The notes under the pieces were generated by a model that saw only the letters and a program-made list of their open reading frames with translations, was not told where the DNA came from and did not search any database. Below, one piece after another: positions 56,312 through 64,000 of a stretch of DNA of 64,000 nt (within the stretch, counting starts at the first letter, position 1; every line of letters begins with the position of its first letter). Location: the NCBI GenBank assembly GCA_965215605.1, contig OZ244070.1:1440001-1504000 (forward strand), read 5' to 3'. The DNA comes from an uncultured Candidatus Binatia bacterium. GTDB lineage: Bacteria > Desulfobacterota > Binatia > UBA9968 > JAJDTQ01. A program made the position numbers and the translations under genes.

Positions 56312-57415
56312 TCAACGGTTCCTGGCTTCCAGCCATCGCCGGACCAAGGGAAAGACCTCGGTCTTGGCCTTCTTGCCGAGAATCAGGTCGAAGTGGCCGT
56401 AGCTGACGTCCTCGTCGGGGTCCGACCAGAAGATCATGAGGTCGCGGTCCTCCGAGGCCAGCTCCTGGTAGACCTTCTTCAGCGCGCCCGGCGGCGCGAT
56501 GGGGTCCACGCCGCCGCCCACGATGAGGACCGGCAACCGGATACTGGAAAGTGTGTCCCGATAGCTTGTTTCGCCGTCGGCGGAGACGAACTCATCCTTT
56601 TCCACCATGGTGACCAACTGCTCCAGGACTCCGGGGTTGACCGGTATCAGCAGCTCTTCCAGCAGCGCCTGCGCGACCCGCGGCTCGAGGTTCCCGGGAT
56701 TGTAGAACATGTCCCTGAACCCGGGGAGGCTGAACAGGATACGGTTGAAACCGGACGCGTTCCAGGAAAGCAGAGCGTCCCGCACCACCGGACGGCCGTC
56801 GAGCTTGAGCAGGATGTCCAGCGCGTCCTGCTCGGGGCTGTCGAAGGACATGGGCGCGGCGATGCCGACGATGCCGGCGACGCCGTGCTCCCGCACCTTG
56901 CCGGCATGAGCGAAGGCCAGAGCTCCGCCCATCTCGTAGCCCACCACGAAGACCTCGGCGCTGCCGGTCTTCTTCCACACGTAGTCGAGGACCGCGGGGA
57001 GATCGTCCTCAAGGATGTCGTCCAGCGTCCAGGGTTTCCCGCCCCAGCGCAGCGGGTTCAAGCTCCGGCCGGTGCCGCGGAGCGACAGGTTCCAGACGTC
57101 GAAGCCCGCTTCGGCCAAGTGCGTAGCCAGGCCGCCGCGGCCGAAGTCGAGGAAACGGCTGTCCACCAGCAGACCGTGGATGAGGATGACGGGTCGCGGG
57201 TATCGGACGTTCTTGTTGAGACGGTGGCGCTTGAGGGAAATCTCGAACTTCTTGCCGGTGACAGCCCAGTGGCGCTCCCAGGTTACATACTCGTCGTCCA
57301 GGGAGGCCGATTCCACCGCCCCCGGCAGCATGAATGAGAGCGCCGCGATCAGACAGGCCCGGAGAGCTACGCGACAGGTAAAGGACATGGGACACGCAGG
57401 ACGGCGACCGTTCAC
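56312..57415 (-). CDS. Secreted alpha/beta hydrolase-fold protein (lipase/PHA-synthase-like)
   Basis: Signal-peptide-like N-terminus, ILIHGL, AGFDVW..LRG, GYEMG at the nucleophile elbow, DPIAP, YGHFDL. Confidence 0.8.
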   Translation of the reverse strand: MNGRRPACPMSFTCRVALRACLIAALSFMLPGAVESASLDDEYVTWERHWAVTGKKFEISLKRHRLNKNVRYPRPVILIHGLLVDSRFLDFGRGGLATHLAEAGFDVWNLSLRGTGRSLNPLRWGGKPWTLDDILEDDLPAVLDYVWKKTGSAEVFVVGYEMGGALAFAHAGKVREHGVAGIVGIAAPMSFDSPEQDALDILLKLDGRPVVRDALLSWNASGFNRILFSLPGFRDMFYNPGNLEPRVAQALLEELLIPVNPGVLEQLVTMVEKDEFVSADGETSYRDTLSSIRLPVLIVGGGVDPIAPPGALKKVYQELASEDRDLMIFWSDPDEDVSYGHFDLILGKKAKTEVFPLVRRWLEARNR

Positions 57416-57706
57416 GCCGAGTACGGCGAGACGGGCGTGATGTTCCTGTAGTCCACCGGCAGAAGCTCGACCCGGACGCCGGCGTCGGTCTCGGCCATGT
57501 GCGCTTCGACGCGCTCATCGAGTTGTCTTGCGTCCGGTCCGGCCTTTGCCATGGTACCCTCGCTCGGAAGCCGCCGCCGGCCCCCTTCCCGCCGGGACAT
57601 TGATTACGGCGGGGGCGATTGTATATAGACCTGAACGGAAGGGTCAAGGACCGTGGACCGGAAGTCGCACGGCCACACTTCGATTCGGCGAGAGGGGATT
57701 ACGATC

Positions 57707-58918
57707 ATGCGCGCAAGCACCGAGAGGAAGATGAAACGCTGGCAGGAGCAGCGCTGGATACTGGACCAGGTCATCAAGGTGAGCGGCCTCGACTTCGATC
57801 AGGGCCGCTCGGGCAAGATGCTGAGGAACTGCGGCCCGGGCATCGCCGGGGAGCTTCGGGGGATCGGGCAGCGGGTGCAGAAGTTCACGGACTTCCCGCG
57901 GGAGTTCTCCCACGCCGCCGAGCGGCGGGAGCAGCGGGGGCGGGCCGCCGAGGCACTGGGACACACGGTGGAGGCGCGCGAGCACTACTACGTGGCAGCC
58001 ACCTACTACACCGCGGCCCAGTGGGGCATCTTCGAGGACGGCAACCCGCGGCGGATGGCCTGGGCGGAGAGCAAGCGGGACTGCTACGACCGCTACATCG
58101 GGTTCGCCGACCATCCCATCGAGCGGGTGGACCTCTCCGTGCCGGGCGGCAAGCAGGCCGCCTTGCTGCATTTGCCGCACAAGCCGGCGCCGGGGGAGCG
58201 GTTCCCGTGCATCCTCTATCAGCCGGGCATGGACGGGGTGAAGGAAGACAACCCCTTGACGGGCGATCCGTTGCTTCAGCGGGGGCTGGCGATCCTGTCC
58301 ATCGACGGGCCGGGACAGGGCGAGACCCGGGAGCGCGGCATCACCGTCACCGCCTCCAACTGCGAGGACGGCGCCAAGGCGGCCTACGCCTTTCTCAAGA
58401 CCCGCCCCGATATCGACGGCGACCGGGTGGCGGTCTACGGCTCCAGCATGGGCTCCTACTGGGGCACGCGCATGGCGGCGGCGGTGCCCGAGCTCAGGGC
58501 CTGCGCGGTGGTGGGCGTGTGCATGGAGCCCAGCCAGTACACCATCTTCAATACCGCCGCGCCGACCTTCAAGCTCAACTACATGTACATGTCCGGCTAC
58601 GATAACGAGGCGGAGTTCGACGAGTTCTGCAAGACCCTGACCCTGGAGGGGGTGGCGGCGAGAATCCGCTGCCCCTACATGGTCGTGGCGGGGGAGGACG
58701 ACGAGCTCTGTCCCATCGAGTTCGCCTACGAGGTCGTAGACGGGGCCACCTGCCCCAAGGTGCTCTACGTCTACGAGGGCGAGCGCCACTCGCTCCGCAA
58801 CCCGGCGGCCCGCACCATCGTCGTGGACTGGCTCAAGGACTGCCTCGACGGCAAGCCGGTGACGTCGGAAAAGGTCTACGTAGAGACGAGCGGCAAGGAA
58901 ATCCGGACGCCGTTCTGA
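57707..58918 (+). CDS. Alpha/beta hydrolase, 2,6-dihydroxy-pseudooxynicotine hydrolase/FrsA-like
   Basis: PGMDGVKE, DGPGQGE, GSSMGSY, GEDD, H; N-terminal helical domain. Confidence 0.82.
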   Translation: MRASTERKMKRWQEQRWILDQVIKVSGLDFDQGRSGKMLRNCGPGIAGELRGIGQRVQKFTDFPREFSHAAERREQRGRAAEALGHTVEAREHYYVAATYYTAAQWGIFEDGNPRRMAWAESKRDCYDRYIGFADHPIERVDLSVPGGKQAALLHLPHKPAPGERFPCILYQPGMDGVKEDNPLTGDPLLQRGLAILSIDGPGQGETRERGITVTASNCEDGAKAAYAFLKTRPDIDGDRVAVYGSSMGSYWGTRMAAAVPELRACAVVGVCMEPSQYTIFNTAAPTFKLNYMYMSGYDNEAEFDEFCKTLTLEGVAARIRCPYMVVAGEDDELCPIEFAYEVVDGATCPKVLYVYEGERHSLRNPAARTIVVDWLKDCLDGKPVTSEKVYVETSGKEIRTPF

Positions 58919-59261
58919 CGTGTTCCGGCGCCGTTGCGCATGAGGTTCGTTCTTATGCCCCGGCGGCCTGGGTCGTGCGCTCTCGCAAAGCCCCCATTTC
59001 TTCCCGCAGGGTGGTTACGTCCCGCTGAAGCTCGCGTACGTCCTCACGCACTTCGGCGATGCTCTGGTTCACCTGACCAAAGCGTTGGCCCTGAGCCGGT
59101 CAACACAGTTCCTTGACAGGCCTGCGCTGACATGGTTCATTCTGCCTCAGCCTTCGACTGACGCAGATTCGCCGAAACCGCCCCTACACCGGTTACGACG
59201 CAAAATCCCGGCCAAGTCCCGCGGGCTGCAAATTTATTCATTCACGAGGAGAGTTCGTCCC

Positions 59262-60719
59262 ATGCAGATGTTCATTGCAGGTGAGTACACGGATACGGCA
59301 AGCGGCGAGACCACGACCATCTACGACCCCGCCACGGGCGAGGTGGTGGATACCATTCCCAAGGGCACGGCCGAGGACGTGAAACGGGCCGTGGCGGCGG
59401 CGGAAGAGGCGGCGGTGGAATGGGGCAAGTTCGCGCCTTCCAAGCGTGGAGAGTGCCTGTCCGAGGCCGCGCGGCTCGTGCTGGAGAATGAGAAGGAGTT
59501 GACCCAGTTGCTCACCAAGGAGCAGGGCAAGGCTCTGCGCGAGTCGGTGCTGGAAATCCGCCGCTTCGCCCACACCCTGGAGCACTACGCGGGCATGGCC
59601 AAGACCCTGCGGGGCGGCTACGTCAAGCTCGCCGACGGGCGCTACGGGCTCATCATGCACAAGCCCATGGGCGTGGTGGGCTCCATCGTGCCGTGGAACT
59701 TCCCGGTGTCGCTGATGGGCAACAAGGTGGGCCCGGCGCTCCTGGCCGGCAACGCCATGGTCATCAAGCCCGCCAGCACCACGCCGCTGACGGCCACCCG
59801 CTGCGTCGAGCTGGTGCAGCAGGCGGGGCTTCCCAAGGGCACCATCAACATGGTCACCGGGCCGGGCGGTGCAGTGGGCGAGGAGATACTCCGCAACCCG
59901 GCCATCCGTAAGGTGGGTTTCACCGGCGCCACCGACACCGGCAAGCGGATCATGGAGGTGGCCTCCCAGGAGGTCAAGCGGGTCACCCTGGAACTGGGCG
60001 GCAGCGACCCCATGATCGTGTGCGACGACGCCAACATCGACCGGGCGGTGAGCGCCGCCTCGGTGGGCCGTTTCTTCAACTGCGGGCAGGCGTGCCTGGC
60101 GGTGAAGCGCCTCTACCTGTACGACGGCATCGCCGACGAATTCATCGGGAAGCTGGTGGAGAAGGTCCGCAAGCTGCGGGTGGGCAACGGCCTGACACGC
60201 GGCACCATGCTCGGACCGCTGCACACCAAGGCGCAGCGCGAGGAAGTCGAGGAGCAGGTGGCCGACGCGGTGCAGAAGGGTGCCAAGGTGCTGGTGGGCG
60301 GCGACCGTCCCAAGGGCGACGAATACGACAAGGGCAACTTCCTGAACCCTTCCGTCGTCGTGGACGTCGACCCCGCGTCCAAGCTGCTGTCGGACGAGGT
60401 GTTCGGACCGGCCCTGCCGGTGGTGCGGATCAAGAGCCTCGAAGAGGGCCTGGCGCTGGCCAACGGTTCCATCTTCGGCCTGGGCTCGTCGGTGTGGACC
60501 CAGGACATCGACAAGGCCATGTTCGCCGCCGAGAACCTTGACGCCGGCTACACCTGGGTCAACTCCGCGCAGATCATCTACGACGAGCTCCCCTTCGGCG
60601 GCGTCAAGCAGAGCGGCGTCGGCAAGGAGCACGGCAACGAGGCTGTGGAGCATTACAGCGAGGTCAAGTCCGTGGTCGTGGCCACAGAGCAAACTTCCGA
60701 GATGGTGGGAGGAGAATAG
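59262..60719 (+). CDS. NAD(P)-dependent aldehyde dehydrogenase
   Basis: PWNFP, FTGAT, LELGG, NCGQAC, EVFGP, PFGGVKQSG. Confidence 0.95.
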   Translation: MQMFIAGEYTDTASGETTTIYDPATGEVVDTIPKGTAEDVKRAVAAAEEAAVEWGKFAPSKRGECLSEAARLVLENEKELTQLLTKEQGKALRESVLEIRRFAHTLEHYAGMAKTLRGGYVKLADGRYGLIMHKPMGVVGSIVPWNFPVSLMGNKVGPALLAGNAMVIKPASTTPLTATRCVELVQQAGLPKGTINMVTGPGGAVGEEILRNPAIRKVGFTGATDTGKRIMEVASQEVKRVTLELGGSDPMIVCDDANIDRAVSAASVGRFFNCGQACLAVKRLYLYDGIADEFIGKLVEKVRKLRVGNGLTRGTMLGPLHTKAQREEVEEQVADAVQKGAKVLVGGDRPKGDEYDKGNFLNPSVVVDVDPASKLLSDEVFGPALPVVRIKSLEEGLALANGSIFGLGSSVWTQDIDKAMFAAENLDAGYTWVNSAQIIYDELPFGGVKQSGVGKEHGNEAVEHYSEVKSVVVATEQTSEMVGGE

Positions 60720-60779
60720 GCCGAACCCGCCGTCGCCGCGGACTGGCCGGCGGCCAAGTCCGCGCGACTCGACAAGAGC

Positions 60780-62333
60780 ATGAGCGCTCCGCGACTCGAA
60801 CTGCCGGATCCCTACAACGCGGCCACCACGTTCGTCGACGACAACGTCGCCGCGGGCCGCGGCGAACGTACCGCCATCCTGTACGAGGACCTGCGGTTCA
60901 GCTACCGGCAGGTCCAGGCGGCGGTCAACCGAGCCGGAAACGCCTTCCGCGGCCTGGGCCTGGAAACCGAGCAGCGTATCCTGCTGGTGCTTCCCGACTG
61001 CCCGGAGTTCGCCTTCAGCTTCTTCGGCGCCATCAAGATCGGCGCCGTCCCCATTCCCGTCAACCCCTGGATGCACGCCAGGGACTACGAGTACCTCCTG
61101 AACGACAGCCGCGCCCGCATCGTGGTGGCGCACGAGTCCGCGCTGCCCGAGATCGACGCCATCAGCGAGCGGCCTCGTCACCTGCGGCACATCGTGGTGG
61201 TGGGAACAGCGCGGGACGGCGCAACCGGGTGGGACGGCCTCACGGAAAGCCAGTCCGCGGAGCTCGAGGCGGAGCCCACCGGACGCGACGACGTGGCCAT
61301 GTGGAACTACACCTCGGGCAGCACCGGCAATCCCAAGGGCGCGGTCCATCTCCAGCACGACATGATCACCATCACCGATCTGTTCGTGAAGCCCGTGCTC
61401 GGCATGACCGAGGATGACGTCTGCCTGTCCGCCTCCAAGTTGTTCTTCTCCTATGGTTTGGGCAATTCCCTGTACTTCCCCTTTCGCTTCGGCGCCGCCG
61501 GGGTGCTGTGGCCCGAACGGCCGGATCCGGAGAAGATCCTCCAGACCATCGAGCGGTACCGGCCGACCTTCTTTTTCTCGGTGCCGACGCTCTATTCCCG
61601 CATGCTGCGGGTGGAAAAGGAGTACGACCTCGGCTCCCTCAAGGTCTGCCTGTCCTCCGGCGAGCCGCTGCCGCCCGCCTTGTTCCACCAGTGGCGGGAC
61701 AAGGTCGGCGTGGAGCTGCTGGACGTGGTCGGCTCCACCGAGGCGACCCACGACTTCCTGGCCAACCGCCCCGGGCGGGCCAAGGCCGGGAGCAGCGGCG
61801 AGGTGACGCCGGCCTTCGTCGCCAAGGTGGTGGACGACGACGGGCGGGAAGTGCCCAACGGCGAGGTGGGCAACCTCTACGTCAGCGGCGACGCCACCGC
61901 GCCCTGCTACTGGAACAAGCACGAGCAGACCCAGCGCACCATGCTCGGGGAGTGGCTCAAGACCGGCGACACCTACTACCGGGACGACGACGGCTACTTC
62001 TGGTACTGTGGCCGGTCCGACGACATGCTCAAGGTGGGCGGGCTCTGGGTGTCGCCCATCGAGGTGGAGAACGCGCTCATGGAGCACCCGGCGGTGCTTG
62101 AGGCGGCGGTGACCGGAGAGGCGGACGGCGACGGCCTCATCAAGCCCAAGGCCTACGTCATCCTCAAGACCGAGCACCAAGGCGCCGGCGGGTTGGCCCA
62201 GGAGCTGCAGGACTTCGTCAAGGACAGCCTGGAACCGTACAAGTACCCGCGCTGGGTGGAGTTCGTGGACGACCTGCCCAAGACCGTCACGGGCAAGATA
62301 CAGCGGTTCAGGCTCAGGCAAGGGAACGGGTGA
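60780..62333 (+). CDS. Benzoate-CoA ligase family protein
   Basis: YTSGSTGNPKG..H, SKLFFSYGLGNSL.FP, GSTE.TH.F..N, GRSDDMLKVGG.WVSP.EVE, YKYPRW. Confidence 0.9.
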   Translation: MSAPRLELPDPYNAATTFVDDNVAAGRGERTAILYEDLRFSYRQVQAAVNRAGNAFRGLGLETEQRILLVLPDCPEFAFSFFGAIKIGAVPIPVNPWMHARDYEYLLNDSRARIVVAHESALPEIDAISERPRHLRHIVVVGTARDGATGWDGLTESQSAELEAEPTGRDDVAMWNYTSGSTGNPKGAVHLQHDMITITDLFVKPVLGMTEDDVCLSASKLFFSYGLGNSLYFPFRFGAAGVLWPERPDPEKILQTIERYRPTFFFSVPTLYSRMLRVEKEYDLGSLKVCLSSGEPLPPALFHQWRDKVGVELLDVVGSTEATHDFLANRPGRAKAGSSGEVTPAFVAKVVDDDGREVPNGEVGNLYVSGDATAPCYWNKHEQTQRTMLGEWLKTGDTYYRDDDGYFWYCGRSDDMLKVGGLWVSPIEVENALMEHPAVLEAAVTGEADGDGLIKPKAYVILKTEHQGAGGLAQELQDFVKDSLEPYKYPRWVEFVDDLPKTVTGKIQRFRLRQGNG

Positions 62334-63055
62334 ACGCCCGATCGGGGGATTTCATGGACGACTTGGTAGCGCTGCGGGACAAGGTGGCGATCTCGTGCAA
62401 CATCCTGGCCATCGACGGGCACTGGGACAACATCCTGGGGCACGTATCGGCCCGGGTGCCGGGCGAGAACGCGCTGCTGATGAAGCCCCACAGCTACGGC
62501 TTCGAGGAGATCCGCCCGTACCACATCATCAAGGTGGACTTCGACGGCAACAAGATCGAGGGTGACTACGAGCGTCACTCCGAGGTGTTCATCCACACCG
62601 AGATCTACAAGGCCCGGCCCGACGTGAACTGCGTCATCCACAGCCACCCGCCCCACGCCACGGCGTTCGGCTCACTGAGACAGCCGCTACGCCCCGTGAG
62701 CCACGAGGGCTCCATTTTCCACGACGGGCTGCCGCTCTTCGACTATACCACGGTGCTGATCCGGAGCCCGGAGCTGGGAGTGAAGGTGGCCGAGAAGCTG
62801 GACCAAGCCCGCGCCGTGCTGATGAAGAACCACGGCACCACCGTGGTGGCCGAATCGGTGGAGACCGCCACCCTGTACGCGATCTTCCTGGAGAAGGCGT
62901 GCCGCATTCAGCTTCTGGCCAGCGCCGCGGGCGATCCTACCTGGAGCAGCGACGAAGAGGCGCGCGAGAAGTACGAGCAGATCTACACGCCGCACCGGCT
63001 GGGCAGCATGTGGGACTACTTTGTGCGGCGGGCGAAGCGGCTCGCCATCGACTGA
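62330..63055 (+). CDS. Class II aldolase/adducin family protein
   Basis: GHVSAR, E..IH..IY..RPDV..V.HSH, NHG. Alternative start at 62354. Confidence 0.9.
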   Translation: MNARSGDFMDDLVALRDKVAISCNILAIDGHWDNILGHVSARVPGENALLMKPHSYGFEEIRPYHIIKVDFDGNKIEGDYERHSEVFIHTEIYKARPDVNCVIHSHPPHATAFGSLRQPLRPVSHEGSIFHDGLPLFDYTTVLIRSPELGVKVAEKLDQARAVLMKNHGTTVVAESVETATLYAIFLEKACRIQLLASAAGDPTWSSDEEAREKYEQIYTPHRLGSMWDYFVRRAKRLAID

Positions 63056-63143
63056 CCTTCGACTTCGCCCGGCTACGCTTCGCTACGTCTGACCCGAGCC
63101 TTTCGAATGGCCCAGGTCACACGCAGCGAAGCGTGGTTGAAGG
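63056..63143. repeat. Long imperfect intergenic hairpin (REP/RPE-like)
   Basis: CCTTCGAC...CTACGCTTCGCTACGT pairs with ACGCAGCGAAGCGTGG...TTGAAGG. Confidence 0.55.
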
Positions 63144-63182
63144 GCGCAAGCTCGCATTGACCAAGTACCGGGAGGCAAGACC

Positions 63183-64000
63183 ATGGCCGAAAAACTGCAT
63201 CTGACACTGGCGTGCGGCGACTACGAGAGCATCCGGGCCCTCAAGGAAGGGGTGATCCAGCCGGACGGCATCGAGCTCACCGTGCTCACGGACATGGACT
63301 CGTCCACCCGCCACTGGCGCATCGCCCGGTTCCGCGAGTTCGACGTGGGCGAGCATTCGGGCTCGTCCTACCTGCTGGCCAAGGACCGCGGCGAGGCGGA
63401 CGACCTGACCGCCATCCCGGTGTTCCTGCACCGCCGGTTCCGCCACGGCTTCATCTTCGTCAACGCAGACAAGGGCATCCGGTCGCCCAAGGACCTCATC
63501 GGCAAGACCGTAGGGCTCAAGAACTGGCAGGCTACGGCGCTCCTGTGGATCCGCGGCACCTTGCAGGACGAGTACGGCGTCTCGTTCACGGACCTGGAAT
63601 GGCGCGCCGAGAGGGAGGAGGACGTGCCCTTCGATCCGCCGGAGGGGCTTCGGATGGAGCGTCTGCCCAAGGGCAAGCGGGTCGAGGAAATGCTCGCCGA
63701 GGGCGAGCTGGACGCGGTGATCCACCCCGACATCCTCGCGCCCATCCTGGAAGGCGATGCCCGGGTCAAGCGCCTCTTCGACGATCCCAAGCAGGTGGAG
63801 CTGGACTACTTCCAGCGCACCGGCATCTTCCCCATCATGCACACGACGGTCATCAAGCGGGAGATCGTGGAAAAGCACCCTTGGGTGCCCATGAACATGA
63901 TGGTGGCGTTCGAGAAGGCCAAGCAGTGGACCTACAACCGGATGAACAATCCCAGGATCGTGCCGCTGGCGTTCTTCCGGGACTCCTGGGAGGAGCAGCT
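63183..64000 (+). CDS. 4,5-dihydroxyphthalate decarboxylase-like protein, periplasmic-binding-protein fold (runs off window edge)
   Basis: Manual translation MAEKLHLTLACGDYESIRALKEG.IQPDGIEL...EFDVGE.S.SSY...AIPVFLHRRFRH...DL.GK.VG...W..G.L..EYG...TGIFPIMH. Confidence 0.82.
   Translation, partial: MAEKLHLTLACGDYESIRALKEGVIQPDGIELTVLTDMDSSTRHWRIARFREFDVGEHSGSSYLLAKDRGEADDLTAIPVFLHRRFRHGFIFVNADKGIRSPKDLIGKTVGLKNWQATALLWIRGTLQDEYGVSFTDLEWRAEREEDVPFDPPEGLRMERLPKGKRVEEMLAEGELDAVIHPDILAPILEGDARVKRLFDDPKQVELDYFQRTGIFPIMHTTVIKREIVEKHPWVPMNMMVAFEKAKQWTYNRMNNPRIVPLAFFRDSWEEQ

Noticed and set aside
57412-57600. 62-aa ORF upstream of the hydrolase
   Set aside because: No recognisable motif or clear RBS; may be a remnant but cannot be supported
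58934-59116. Possible gene fragment (ALVHLTKALAL, SDR-like) in the intergenic region
   Set aside because: Too short to distinguish from chance without a search

Overview
High-GC bacterial chromosomal window. Gene order and content suggest a Deltaproteobacteria-like lineage, possibly Binatia-like or host-associated; this is inference only. Housekeeping blocks: priA-def-fmt-rsmB-tRNA-Pro(CGG), groES-groEL, and tmk-holB-metG-tatD-aroE. These are interleaved with many small-molecule catabolic genes: CoA transferase, acyl/aryl-CoA ligases, amidohydrolases, cupins, a Mo-hydroxylase large subunit, an AprAB-like flavoprotein/ferredoxin pair, a hydantoinase B-AcxC fusion, a reductive-dehalogenase-like protein and a TTT transporter. 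Type IV pilus genes are split into three loci: pilM-pilN-pilO::pilP fusion with no pilQ, an orphan pilX, and pilD-fimT-pilV-pilW. The two minor-pilin loci carry near-canonical sigma28-type promoters, and pilM has a sigma54-type promoter. Other notable items are an EndoQ/PHP-UvrD fusion, a nucleotidyltransferase plus RHH putative toxin-antitoxin pair, four genes or operons collapsed by large internal deletions, and dispersed REP-like palindromes. No CRISPR array, rRNA, transposase or integrase was seen. All family calls come from motif recognition, not from database searches.
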